From Rhizophagus irregularis (taxonomy: Eukaryota), in contig NC_089430.1 in NCBI RefSeq assembly GCF_026210795.1, positions 310,001-374,000 of the forward strand: DNA of 64,000 nt, in the 5' to 3' direction. Positions within the stretch are counted from its first letter, which is position 1. Every line of letters begins with the position of its first letter. Position numbers and translations under genes: made by a program. This document shows, one piece after another, positions 13,758 through 26,130 of this stretch. Under the pieces are notes generated by a model. The model saw nothing but the letters and a program-made list of their open reading frames with translations, was not told the DNA's origin and searched no databases.

Positions 13758-14034
13758 TGCTTGCGTGTTTTTTCTTTTTATTAAACTGCTTTTTATAAGA
13801 AAATGTTGCGTCATAGGAGTGTCATAGGTATCAGAACTATCTCATGCACAAGCCGATCATATCATAGTGACGCTAATCTAATTAGTCAGCACGAACAATT
13901 TTGTCGTTAATTTACTGCGGAATTATATGAAAAGGGAAAGAGTTCTTTACTTATGTGATATATATTTTAGTTTCAATAACAAAATTTAAAAAGTTCACTT
14001 TTGCTTAACACTATTTTTATTTATTTTTCAATAC

Positions 14035-14272
14035 AAACCCCTCCTATGATTGTCTATGACAGGAATGGACGAAGGTTCGATCCATCATCCATCCAGCCAA
14101 CGGATGCTTTATGAATTATACTGCGTGGGCGTATACCATAGGTCTAGAAGGTGTAGATCGTAGCCCTAGTGGTGGAAAAGTGCATAGATCATTAGATCAT
14201 GGTATCACACTGACTTCAGTCACAATCGTGATATCAACCAATGGTAGACTACTTCGGTAGTTGACAGGTTGG
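14035..14272 (+). other. Structured non-coding segment, probably a LINE/SINE 3' UTR remnant
   Basis: GC-richer island with hairpins ACTAC-TTCG-GTAGT and TGAC-TTCA-GTCA nested in TATCAC/GTGATA. It carries the CGTAGCCCT motif shared with 29109 and 30206. Confidence 0.4.
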
Positions 14273-14963
14273 AAATTATTATTTAATTGAAATATTAATC
14301 ATTAATTATTATTCAAATAGTGCTAAAATATTTAATAAAATGTATAGATCAATTAAAAAAAGTTTCTACATATACAAAAAAATACATTCTAACGAAGTAT
14401 TAGCAAGTAAATAATCCATATACAAAAGCTATAAAACTACTAATAATATTCTCTTGACTTGTTTTTATCATCTATAGTTGAAAAATACATCAAAACTACA
14501 GAGTGCCTCACATAGTTATTAGCTTATTCATCAATTTATTTTTATCTTTAAATATCATTTAAATACATACTATCATTTATGATTTTAGTGTACGATAATT
14601 TATTTCGTCAGAAATAATCATATTCAATACAAAAAGTTTTTTATAATTTTATTATCATAAATTGGTTCGCATTAGAGAAAGGATACTATGTACATTCACG
14701 TGTACAGGTTTGGTACATAAATAGTTTTTCCGAAAAGTTATAACTTTATTACTTAGTTATACATTTTTTTATGTAGTAAATAATATGATGTTAAAATTAT
14801 AGCAACTAGTGAGAATATTTACAATTTAGACGTAATTATAATCTTTATTTCAATAAATAGTAATTGTAATAATATATAAAAAAAGAAAATAAATAAATAA
14901 CTTAATAAAATCAGAACATGATTACAAAGTTTCTTTCTGTGTTAACATTGTTACTAACTTTAA

Positions 14964-17900
14964 CATAGCAGAAACTTATGATTTTAAGACAACGCTTTCA
15001 CTATGATGTAACATCATGGTTGTAATAATGTGACAATGCATTTTACATTAATGCAAAGTTACAATACACTCACGATGCTGCAACAGTGTTGTTAGACATG
15101 TTGTAATGATACTGTGAATTTAAATTTTTCAATGTTATAAAACGGTGAACTATTTTTATATTAATAAATTTCAGAATGTCAAAAACGTAATTATAATAGT
15201 TGTAATTGCATAGTGATAATGTTGAAACAGTATTAAAATGGTGTAATATTATCGTCAAATAATCATTAGGAATGTTTACTGAATATATGAATTATTTTAT
15301 TAATTTAAACATAATTTAACCATCTTTTATATGTAGTTTAAACATTAAATGTACATAATCTAAATGTAAAATATACAGAAAAATTGATTTAACAATTTTA
15401 TGTAAATTTGATATTACAATGAAATAAATATAACATTTATTATAAAATGACTTGTACAGAGACTTTTATACATGCATTAAACAAAAACATTATAGAATCA
15501 TAAACTTCGTAGCCACGCTCAATTAAGGCAATGTATTACTAGACCTACACTAAAGATGACTTTAGCAAGGCTTTCTTTATGATTTAAAAGAAATTTCATA
15601 CACTTTGCCAGCTGGTGAGCAAGCCTATGATTCTAACCTCAAGTCAGTTAATTATTACACCAAGTCCAAAGAGTTGAAGAATCAACAATCTAAAAAAGAA
15701 AGATGAATATTAGTACGATTCATTAAAAGAAAAAATTAAAGAAAAGAAGTTAAATGACTTTCAAAATTCACGTCCAAAGATATCCAAAAAGACCAAAGAG
15801 CCAGTCACCTAGTGTCCGAAAACTGGTTGCTTATGAAATAAGAGAAAACAACAAAACATTATAAGTTTCATCAAAAAGTAAGTTTCATTAAACTTGAAAT
15901 AAAAGATAATAAGAAACACACCAAAAAATATGCAAGTTACTGAATTCAAAGCTTCAAATTCCCATGCATCCAAAAGAATAAAGAAAAATCTAAAAAAAAA
16001 AAGAAAATTAGTGTTTAAACAAAATTGTTAAATTAATGTTTTGTTAAATAAAGAGTTTAAGAATATAAAAAAAATATGCCGTAATCTGCGTGTCCAAAGA
16101 TCCTAATGAAGCTGCCTAAAAAACTAAAACACCAGTATATGCTTTGTTAAAGAACCAAAATCCCACACGTCTAAATATTTGAAGACTATTAAAAAAACAA
16201 ATGAAACAAATTTACAAAAAGAAAAAAAATGAAACTTTAATAATTTATTCATTAAAAAAGTAAAAAAAAAAAGGTATTAAAGAGAAATTTAGGAATCTAT
16301 GTCCAAGGAGATTCAAAGCAGCTACTAAAAAAAAAGTAAAAGAAAAAACAAGGGAAAGGGAAAGGAAAGAATGAGGGAAGGGTGAGAAAAATAAAAGAAA
16401 AAAATAGGAGAAAGAATTATAATAGGAAAGAGAAAGATAACGAAAAAAAAATTTTAAAAGCTTAAAAAAGCTTAGTCTTTAATAAAATCAAACTGCAGTT
16501 TGCAGATCATTAATTCATCTCATCGTCTATGATACCAACAAAAATCAATGAATTATTTGTTTATTTCTATTAAAAATTATCCAAGCTAGACGTTATACAG
16601 TCAACATGTACCATATTATATATGTTTTATATCGATGTGTTTTTTTTATGGAGTAATACGAAGTAATATGAAGTCAAAAAAAAAAAAAAATTAAACTTCA
16701 TGAAACTTTTAAATAAATTTTTTTTTTAATAATAACTTGGAATAATAGCTATTTTTTTCATATTAGTATTGAAAATATAATGCTTTTAATGATTTATTTT
16801 ATTGAACGAAGTGTAGTACAATATGTAATTAATGTGTATATAGAAGTAAAGAAAATTCTATACTAAATATACATCTAGACTATCACTAATAAAGTTACCC
16901 TTCAGAAAAAAAAACAACACAGTGATCATATCAAACTGGAATTTCGATCAAACATTTTGTGAAAATTGTGTTACGTAAATATTATTAATATTCGATGATC
17001 TCTTTTTTAACTTAAACTTTTTTTTTAACTTTTTTATCAAAACTTTTTCTCCCTCTCTTTCATACTTCCCTTTCCCCCTTTCGTTAACTTTAGAAACTTA
17101 AACTTTTTTTTTTAACTTTTTTATCAAAACTTTTTCTCCCTCTCTTTCATACTTCCCTTTCCCCCTTTCGTTAACTTTAGAAACACAAAAATTCCAAGAA
17201 AACAATTTCCCAAGAAGAAAAAAAATAAGTTTACCGAGAATATGGAAAATCAAACTGGAAAACAACCAGGTGGATGTTTCTTTTTTTCCTGTTTCTTTAC
17301 TGTTAACATTATTAACATCTTTCTTTTTTTAGGTTTCATTTTCATTTTGAAGGCTTTCCTGTGAAAATGGAGTTAGCACTTTTTTTTATTATTTTACTGT
17401 TGAATTACAGAAAACAAAACTCCAAATCAAAATTGCGTTTCACAATCTGACCTGTCTAAAAAAAAAGAATAAATGAAATTTAGAAAAATATTTTGTTAAA
17501 AGAGATATATTAAAAAGAACCCTTTCCTCCCTACCTAAATCTAACATGTCCGAAAGCTAAAACAAAGAAATAAAAGAAAAATTTACATCACGATCACTTA
17601 ATGACTCTATTATTTTACCAAAATTTTACTAATGTTTTATTGTTTTTTTTATTTTTAGACCGGCTCAGACATTTGGAATTTTGCATGTGGGTTTTTCTTT
17701 AGTTTTTATTTTAATGAAATGTTTATTGACTAACATTTTGTTCATCCTTTCTTTTTTTAGGAATCCAGCTCTGAACTAAATACTCTGGTACTAGGTCATC
17801 GAATCAATAATTTTTTATTTTTTGAAAAAATTTATTTATTTTCTATTTTGTAGGAACTCCAGCTTCAATTTTTTGCTTTATGGGCGGATTCCTTAGTAAG

Positions 17901-18770
17901 TTTTAAATCACTTTCAAAAGCTTGTTTTCAAAAAAATTATATTAATTATTTTTTTTCGTAGTCTGATTTAACCACTGGCAGAATCCTGGGAAATAGCTTT
18001 GAAAACTATTTAAAAAAACATTCTTTAAGCATTTTCTTTAATTTTATAGGAACTCAGCTCTACTGAAACCTGAGTAAGTTTTCGAAAACTTTCAAAAACT
18101 ATTTTAAAAAAGACGAACTTTTTTTTAAGTTTTGTAAGATTCATGCTTCTATTTTTTAATCATATCGTATATATCATAAATTGGCTGTTGTTGTTGAATT
18201 ATCGAAAAATTTTTAGATGGTCAGACTTTTAGATATGTGAAATTTTGGTAAGATTTGGCCTCTTTTAATCCATTTTCAACATTTATTTTTTTTAATGATA
18301 TTAACGTATATATTTTTTTGTAGGTTCAGTCCTAAGTGTTAGGTTCAATAGGACAATTTTGAAGTCAACTTGACTTCAAAACTTTATTTTTTATTTTTCT
18401 TTTTATAGGTCCACCTTTTTCGAATCTCCTCGTTTGAATATTAATACTTAATAATGTATAATTTAATATGTAGTTATTAGTGTCGCAATGTTGGTAATAT
18501 AGCATTGTTCATTTTATTAAATATATGTAATTAAAGTATGTCTACAGTGTTATAAATATTAAAAAATTGCACATTGACTGTATATTCACAATAATAAATA
18601 AGTATAGTGAAAGCGATTTTACAGTAAATTAAAAAAGCACAGTGGCAACGCATTTTCTTACCTTTGCAACGCGTCGTATGACGTTCAATAACGACGCACA
18701 AAACAACGGCTTAATCATGTGATTTTGGCGTAGTATCAACGTTGTTTAAAAATTTGATGTTTCTGTAATG
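14964..18770. mobile_element. Putative degenerate non-autonomous CACTA/CMC-like element carrying many short exon-like segments
   Basis: Imperfect ~42-bp TIRs: CATAGCAGAAACTTATGATTTTAAGACAACGCTTTCACTATG versus the reverse complement CATTACAGAAACATCAAATTTTTAAACAACGTTGATACTACG. Both ends are flanked by AA. Confidence 0.35.
17008..17184. repeat. Direct tandem duplication of ~87 bp
   Basis: Two copies of AACTTAAACTTTTTTTT...CATACTTCCCTTTCCCCCTTTCGTTAACTTTAGAAAC. Confidence 0.85.
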
Positions 18771-18950
18771 AATATGCATTCCTATTTTTTAAAAAAAGAA
18801 AAAATATAAAATAAAATAGAATAAAAATGATAAAAATTTATTTAGTAAAATCTTCAGTTGCATCTTGTTTCCTTGAATTTATTGGATTACTTCTGAAATC
18901 TTACCAAAGCAATTATTGAAAGCAATAATAGAAAACTTTTAATTGTACCT

Positions 18951-21900
18951 TCAAATTTCATTTATATCAAACTCATATTCTTTTGTAATATATTCTAAAG
19001 AAAAAAAAACAAAGTAATTAATAAATTCCTTTACGTACTGATTAAAAAATAACTTAATACCTTTATTGTTGATTGATTCTTCAATTAGTTTATTATCTAA
19101 GATAATAATAATTATTAAATGTTAAAATGTTGTAAATATTGTCCAAATTTATAAAAAAAATAATTTTTACATACTTGGTTTCGTATTAAACGTTATTGAT
19201 CTGCTTGTATAAATTGCTTTTGGATGAGGTTTTTCATTAAAATCTGGTCCAAGCATTTTTGATTTTATTAATTCTAATCTTATTTCTTCAGCTTGATTAA
19301 AATATTCGGCATCCATTCCCATATTTGACCAAGAATTAAAAATTTTACAAACATCCGCTGCTGAAGGTCTTTTTTCAGGATTAGGATTCCAACATTTTTT
19401 CATTAAATTAGCAAAATCTTCAGGAGTGTCGTCAGTAATATTAGGTCGTTTCCCATCAATAATTTTATAAATTAAATCAACATCATGTTCAATATTATCA
19501 AAAGGTTTACAACCAGTTGTCAATTCCCACATAATCATGCCCATACAATAAATATCAGATGATTTAGAAAATTTGACACCTTTAAATATTTCTGGTGCAA
19601 TATAATAAGGTATTACTCCATATATACTGCTATCATGTGGAATGTCATTTGCGGGCTGTGATAATCCTAAATCTCCAATTAGATATTGATCTATTTTACA
19701 TGAATCATTTTCAATTATTTCAACCAATATGTTTCCGCTATGAAAATCTCGATGTATAAAATCTTTTTCATGAATAGTTTGAAGTCTAAAATAAAAAATT
19801 GGTGATTAATAAAATTATACTTAAATAATTTTAAAATCATTACTAAATAAATTATAAAAACCCATCTGAAATTCGCCACAAAATGTGCAATTTTTTCTTC
19901 CATGTAATCTCTGCAAAATTTTCTTGTAAATAATTATGTAAATCTCCTCCATTTGCAAATTTCATTATAAACATATATTCTTTTGTTATAGGATCTTTTG
20001 TGATACCATGACATTTAATAATATATTCAAATTTACTATCATAACATTGATAAAGTGATTTTAACTAAAATTTTATCGTTTAAATTAGTATTAAATATTT
20101 TAAAAAAAAACAAATTTTGAAAATTAATTACCTCATTTAAAAAATATTTGTTTGGTTCTTGAGAATTTAAAACTTTTTTTAGAGCAACAACGTCTCCTTT
20201 AATTAAAGCTTTATAAATAATGCCAAATCCTCCTGCTGCCATTTTTATTAAACTTTTAATTTGTGAATATGAAACCCATTTTATTTCATTTTGAGAAATT
20301 AGATATTTTTGATCCAAAAATCCTTGAGAATCTTTTAGAATTTCATTTAATTCTTCACTGGTAAAATCGAGTAAATGACTTGTATAGCATGCTTTTGGAT
20401 GAGATTTTACAATAAGATTATTATACTCAATTGGTGCATTTATAAATTCCATAATATTGCTTTTTAATTCTTCATTAATATCTTCAATTTTTTTATTATC
20501 AGGAAGAAAAATCCAATTTTCAATGATATTTAAAATTTCTTTAGAAGATGGTCTTTTTAATGGATCTTCATCCCAGCATTTTTCCATTAAATCTATATAA
20601 CATTGTGGAGTATTTTCAATAATTTCAGGACGTCCACCTATACAAATACCTGAAGCAAGTTGAAGATCATGTGCTTTATCATTAAATGGTGGAATTTCAG
20701 ATGTAAATTCCCACATAATTATAGAAAAACTATATATATCACTAGCTTGAGTATAAGATTGACCTCTTAAAATTTCGGGTGCTATAAATGGTAAAACTCC
20801 ATAAATAGCATTTTCTTTTAAAAAAGATTTTGCAAGTTGATATAATCCTAAATAATCACTAATAAAAATTCCGTATATGTCTTCTTCAAATTTGTTACAT
20901 AAAATATTACCATTATGAAAGTTATGATGAATAAGATCTTTTTCATGAATATCATTAAGACCCTTAATAATCTGATATAAATTAAATAATTTTTGTTTCC
21001 AATTTTTTGTTATTTCTGTTAAACATCTTTTTAAACTACCCTTATTTGTATACTCTATTATTAATACATAATTCAAAGTATCTGGATCTTTTGTAAATCC
21101 ATATACTCTAATCATTCTACGTGAATTAATAATTTTCCACTATAAAAAAAATAATATTTAATTAATTAATATAAACAAATTATAATATTAAAAAAAATAA
21201 TAATATCTAAACATACTTCATTTAAAAATTCATTTAAACTTCCATCTGAATTATTAAGATAATCAAAATATTTAAAAATTACTTCGATACTATTATATCT
21301 AGCTTTATATATAGTACCAAATCCTCCTTTATCAAGATATTCAATATTTTCAAATTTATTATAAGGAACCCATTTTAAGTTATTTTTAGAAATAAATTGA
21401 TCCACAATTTCACTTCCACTAGTACCAAATCTTTAAATATAAAAATGAAATTATATTAAAAATTTAAATCTAAAATAAAATTTACAATTAAAAATTTAAA
21501 TATTAAATAATATTAATTATAACTTACTCTAAATAAAATTATAAGATTTAATATAATGAATAATTAGTTTTAAATAAATAGTATATAATAACTTAGTATA
21601 ACTTACCAACTAAAATAATTATCAAAATATTTAAAAAAATTTAATTATTATGAGTAAATATTATATAATTATAATAAATTAAATATAAAAAATATAATTA
21701 AAATAATACAATACTTACAGGCTAAAATATTTTAAATAATTTTTTAAATAATTTTTTAGTTTGAATTATACATAATATTATGTAAATATAATATAATTAC
21801 TTACAGGCTAAAATATTTTAAATGATTTTTTTAAATAAAAAATTTAATTAGTTTAAATTACATGTAAATATTATATAAATATAATAGAATTATATAAATA

Positions 21901-24600
21901 ACTTATAACTTACCAACTAAAAGAAATTACAAAATAATTATTTAATAAAGAATTTAGTTAGTTTAAATTATATGTAAATATTATATAAATATAATAGAAT
22001 TACTTACAAGCTAAAATATTTGAATAATTTTTTAAATAAAGAATTTAGTTAGTTTAAATTATATGTAAATATTATATAAATATAGAATTACTTACGTTCT
22101 TGAATAATTTTTTAATAAAGAATTTAGTTAGTGTAAATATTATATAAATATAATAGAATTAGATAAATAACTTATAACTTACCAGCTAAAAAAATTGCAA
22201 AACAATTGTTTAAATAATAATTTAGTTAAATTATATGAAAATATTATATAAATAACTTATAACTTACCAACTAAAAGAAATTACAAAATAATTATTTAAT
22301 AAAGAATTTAGTTAGTTTAAATTATATGTAAATATTATATAAATATAATAGAATTACTTACAGGCTAAAATATTTTAAATGATTTTTTAATAAAGAATTT
22401 AGTTAGTTTAAATTATATGTAAATATTATATAATACATAATAGAATTACTTACGATCTAAAATATTTGAATAATTTTTTAAATAAAGAATTTATTTAGTT
22501 TAAATTATATATAAATATTATATAAATATAGTAGAATTAAATAAACAACTTATAACTTACCAACTAAAAAAATTACAAAATAATTATTTAAATGAAAAAT
22601 TTAGTTTAAATTATATAAATATTATATAAATACAATAGAATTAAATAAATAACATACTACTCCCTATATAATTTTTTAAATAAAGAATTTAGTTAATTTA
22701 AATAATAAATAAATATTATATAAATACAATAGAATTAAATAAAATAACATACTCCCTATATTATTAAATAAATAATTTTCAAATAAAGAATTTAGTTAAT
22801 TTAAATTATATGTAAACATTATATAAATACAATAGAATTAAATAAATAACATACTCCCTATATAATTTTTTAAATAAGGAATTTAGTTAGTTTAAATTAT
22901 ATTTAAATATTATATAAATATAATAGAATTACTTACTATCTTAAATATTTGAATAATTTTTTAAATAAAGAATTTAGTTAGTTTATATGCAAATATTATA
23001 TAAATATATTAGAATTAAATAAGTAACTTATAACCTACCAACTAATAGAAATTACAATATAATTATTTAAATAAAGAATTTAGTTTAAATTATAATATTA
23101 TATACAGTAAATACAATAGAATTAAATAAATAACATACTCTCTATATAATTTTTTAAATAAAGAATTTAGTTAGTTTAAATTTATGAAAATATTATATAA
23201 ACATAATAGAATTACTTACGATCTAAATATTTGAATATTTTTTAAAAAAAGAATTATATATAAATATTATATAAATATAATAGAATATAAATAACTTATA
23301 ACTTACCAACTAAAAGAAATTACAAAATAATTATTTAATAAAAAATTTAATTAGTTTAAATCATATGTAAATATTATATAAATATAATAGAATTACTTAC
23401 AAGCTAAAATATTTTAAATGATTTTTTAATAAAGAATTTAGTTAGTTTAAATTATATGTAAATATTATATAAATATAATAGAATTATATAAATAACTTAT
23501 AACTTACCAACTAAAAGAAATTACAAAATAATTATTTAATAAAGAATTTAGTTAGTTTAAATTATATGTAAATATTATATAAAACATAATAGAATTACTT
23601 ACGATCTAAAATATTTGAATAATTTTTTAAATAAAGAATTTATTTAGTTTAAATCATATGTAAATACTATATAAATATAATAGAATTACTTACTACCTAA
23701 AATATTTGAATAATTTTTTAAATAAAGAATTCAGTTAGTTTAAATTATATTTAAATATTATATAAATACAATAGAATTGAATAAATAACATACTCCCTAT
23801 ATAATTTTTTAAATAAAGAATTTAATTAGTTTAAATTATATATAAATATTATATAATATAATAGAATTACTTACGATCTAAAATATTTGAATATTTTTTA
23901 TATAAAGAATTTAGTTAGTTTAAATTATATGTATATATTATATAAAATAATAGATTAAGTAAATAACTTACACCCTGTAGCATTATAAATTAATTTATAA
24001 AGTAAAGTAATTATAATCAATTAGATAAAAATATTATAATTATTGTATATAAAAATTAAGTATATACAGTAACTTACAATCTAATTATTCAAATAAATAT
24101 TATTAGTCTAAATTATATATAAATACTTTTAAATTAATATATAATTAAATACTTACTTTCTATAATATTAGTACCATAATTATTAAACAATTATATTAAT
24201 GGAAGATTTAGTTATTTAAAATATCATGTAAAATGCAATAAAAAATATAGTCATTAACTTACCAACTATAATAATAATAAAATAAATTATTTGGTTATAT
24301 AAAATAATAATAGAAGTAAGTAATTTAATTATCATTCCGATTATAAGATAACCTATTACTTACGAGCTAATATAGTAAATAATTTTTAGAAATAGTTTAA
24401 AATATTTAAATTACATGTTTATAATTTACAAGCTGTTAAATAATTTTCTTACTTTTATCTTTCTTAAATTTTGAAACTAGTTTCATTATGTTGCAAATTT
24501 GGTTTGAAAAAAATTTTAGAGCAATCTCAATTTGTATTAGATACCTATATTCATATTATATGCTTTTACCTTCATTGTTACTTTGAGTACTTTGAGCCAT
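18951..24600 (-). CDS. Tandem pseudokinase-kinase (TKL-type) whose N-terminus is encoded by 31 micro-exons. Exons 24600-24570, 24476-24453, micro-exons 24366..21528, 21430-21217, 21139-20131, 20064-19862, 19785-19175, 19096-19061, 18994-18951
   Basis: Domain 1 has KGGFG, HHNFHNGN (catalytic Asp absent) and APE. Domain 2 has GGFG, VALK, HRDFHSGN, DLG and APE. All introns are GT-AG and join in frame. Predicted start: MAQSTQSNNEVSKFKKDKTLENWYRSNLAFDQIDRRRSIDPFAEPFASFEFGTSGSEIVDQF. Confidence 0.85.
21433..24452 (-). repeat. Tandem array of ~80-110-bp intron + micro-exon units
   Basis: Each unit reads GTAAGT/GTATGT...ACTAAC/ACTAAT...TTTTAG-NNN on the minus strand. The central units are highly similar to each other. 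Confidence 0.9.
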
Positions 24601-24709
24601 TACTAAATAATTTTATTGGAGTTAAATGCAATTAAACGCCTTTATTCGAGTATATATAGTAGTTTGTGTAGGGTGTTACAATAACATGTAGTGTATGGAT
24701 ACCTATGTA

Positions 24710-25963
24710 TAGAGCTCCGCACGGGTAAGGGTCAATTCGGGTGACCCGTTGGGTTGACCCGAAATATTCAGGTCAGGTTGTCAAATTCGTGACCCGGTAT
24801 CAGGTCGGGTTACTTGACCCGACCCAATTGACCTGTTAACCCGAATACTTTAGCTCAAAAAAAATGTTTATACTCTGAAACGGCGGTTTTTCATGTTACC
24901 TTATGAAAAAAACGCCATTTCGGCATTGTTTTTTATAAACAAATACGCCGAAATGGCGTTTTTCATTTTATTTTATGGAAAAATGCCATTTCGGCATTTT
25001 TTTCACTTTTATGAAAAAAATCGCCAAAATGGCGTTTTTTCATATTATTTTATGGAAAAATGCCGTTTCGGCATTTTTTTCACTTCTTTTATGAAAAAAA
25101 TGCCGGTTTGGCATTTTTTTTTCACTTCTTTTATGAAAAAAAATCGCCAAAACGGCGTTTTTTCATATTATTTTATGGAAAAATGCCGGTTTGGCATTTT
25201 TTTTCACTTCTTTTATGAAAAAAATCGCCAAAGCGGCTTTTTTCATATTATTTAATGGAAAAATGCTGAAACGGCATTTTTTCCCCACTTCTTTATGAAA
25301 AAAATCGCCAAAATGGCGTTTTTTCATATTATTTAATGGAAAAATGCCGAAACGGCATTTTTTCCCACTTCTTTTATGAAAAAAATCGCCAAAGCGGCAT
25401 TTTTTCATATTATTTAATGGAAAAATGCTGAAACAGCATTTTTTTTCCACTTCTTTTATGAAAAAAATCGCCAAAACGGCATTTTTCCATATTATTTAAT
25501 GGAAAAATGCCGAAATGGCATTTTTTTCACTTCTTTTATGAAAACATCGCCAAAGTGGCATTTTTTCATTTATCTTATGGAAAAATGCCGTTTTGGCATT
25601 TTTTTTTCACTTCTTTTATGAAAAAAATCGCCAAAACGGCGTTTTTTCATATTATTTTATGTAAAATGCCAAAACGGCATTTTTTTTTCACTTCTTTTAT
25701 GAAAAAAATCGCCAAAGCGGCATTTTTTCATATTATTTAATGGAAAAATGCTGAAACAGCATTTTTTTCCACTTCTTTTATGAAAAAAATCGCCAAAATG
25801 GCATTTTTTCATATTATTTTATAGAAAAATGACCTGAATACTTTCAGGTCAGACGGGTCAGGTCGGGTCAGAGCAGGTTACCCGACCTGACCTGACCTGA
25901 TAAAAATTTTTCGGTTCAGGTCAGACAAATTACCTGACCCGACCCGACCCGTGCGGAGCTCTA
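24710..25963. mobile_element. Non-autonomous hAT element with an internal ~80-bp tandem array; same TIR family as 10543-11533
   Basis: 17-bp perfect TIR TAGAGCTCCGCACGGGT; exact 8-bp TSD CCTATGTA (24702-24709 and 25964-25971); subterminal TCGGG/TCAGG pentamers. Confidence 0.92.
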
Positions 25964-26130
25964 CCTATGTATGTAGGGTATGCAAAATTTCACACGCGTT
26001 CCATACAGATCTACATTGTTTATTACCAAATAAGGAAAGGCCTAGACCATTCTATTCTGTACCACGTATGGTCACGTGATACCTTTATATGTGATGTTTA
26101 ACCATACCCTACATACATAGCCAACCATAC

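Noticed and set aside
24430..24432. Additional CTT micro-exon (AACAG-CTT-GTAAAT)
   Set aside because: The upstream intron would be only ~20 nt, too short to splice; it may be a relic unit and was not counted.
24893..25740. Repetitive ORFs in the hAT element (likewise 34097-34669)
   Set aside because: Translations of tandem repeats with no transposase motifs.
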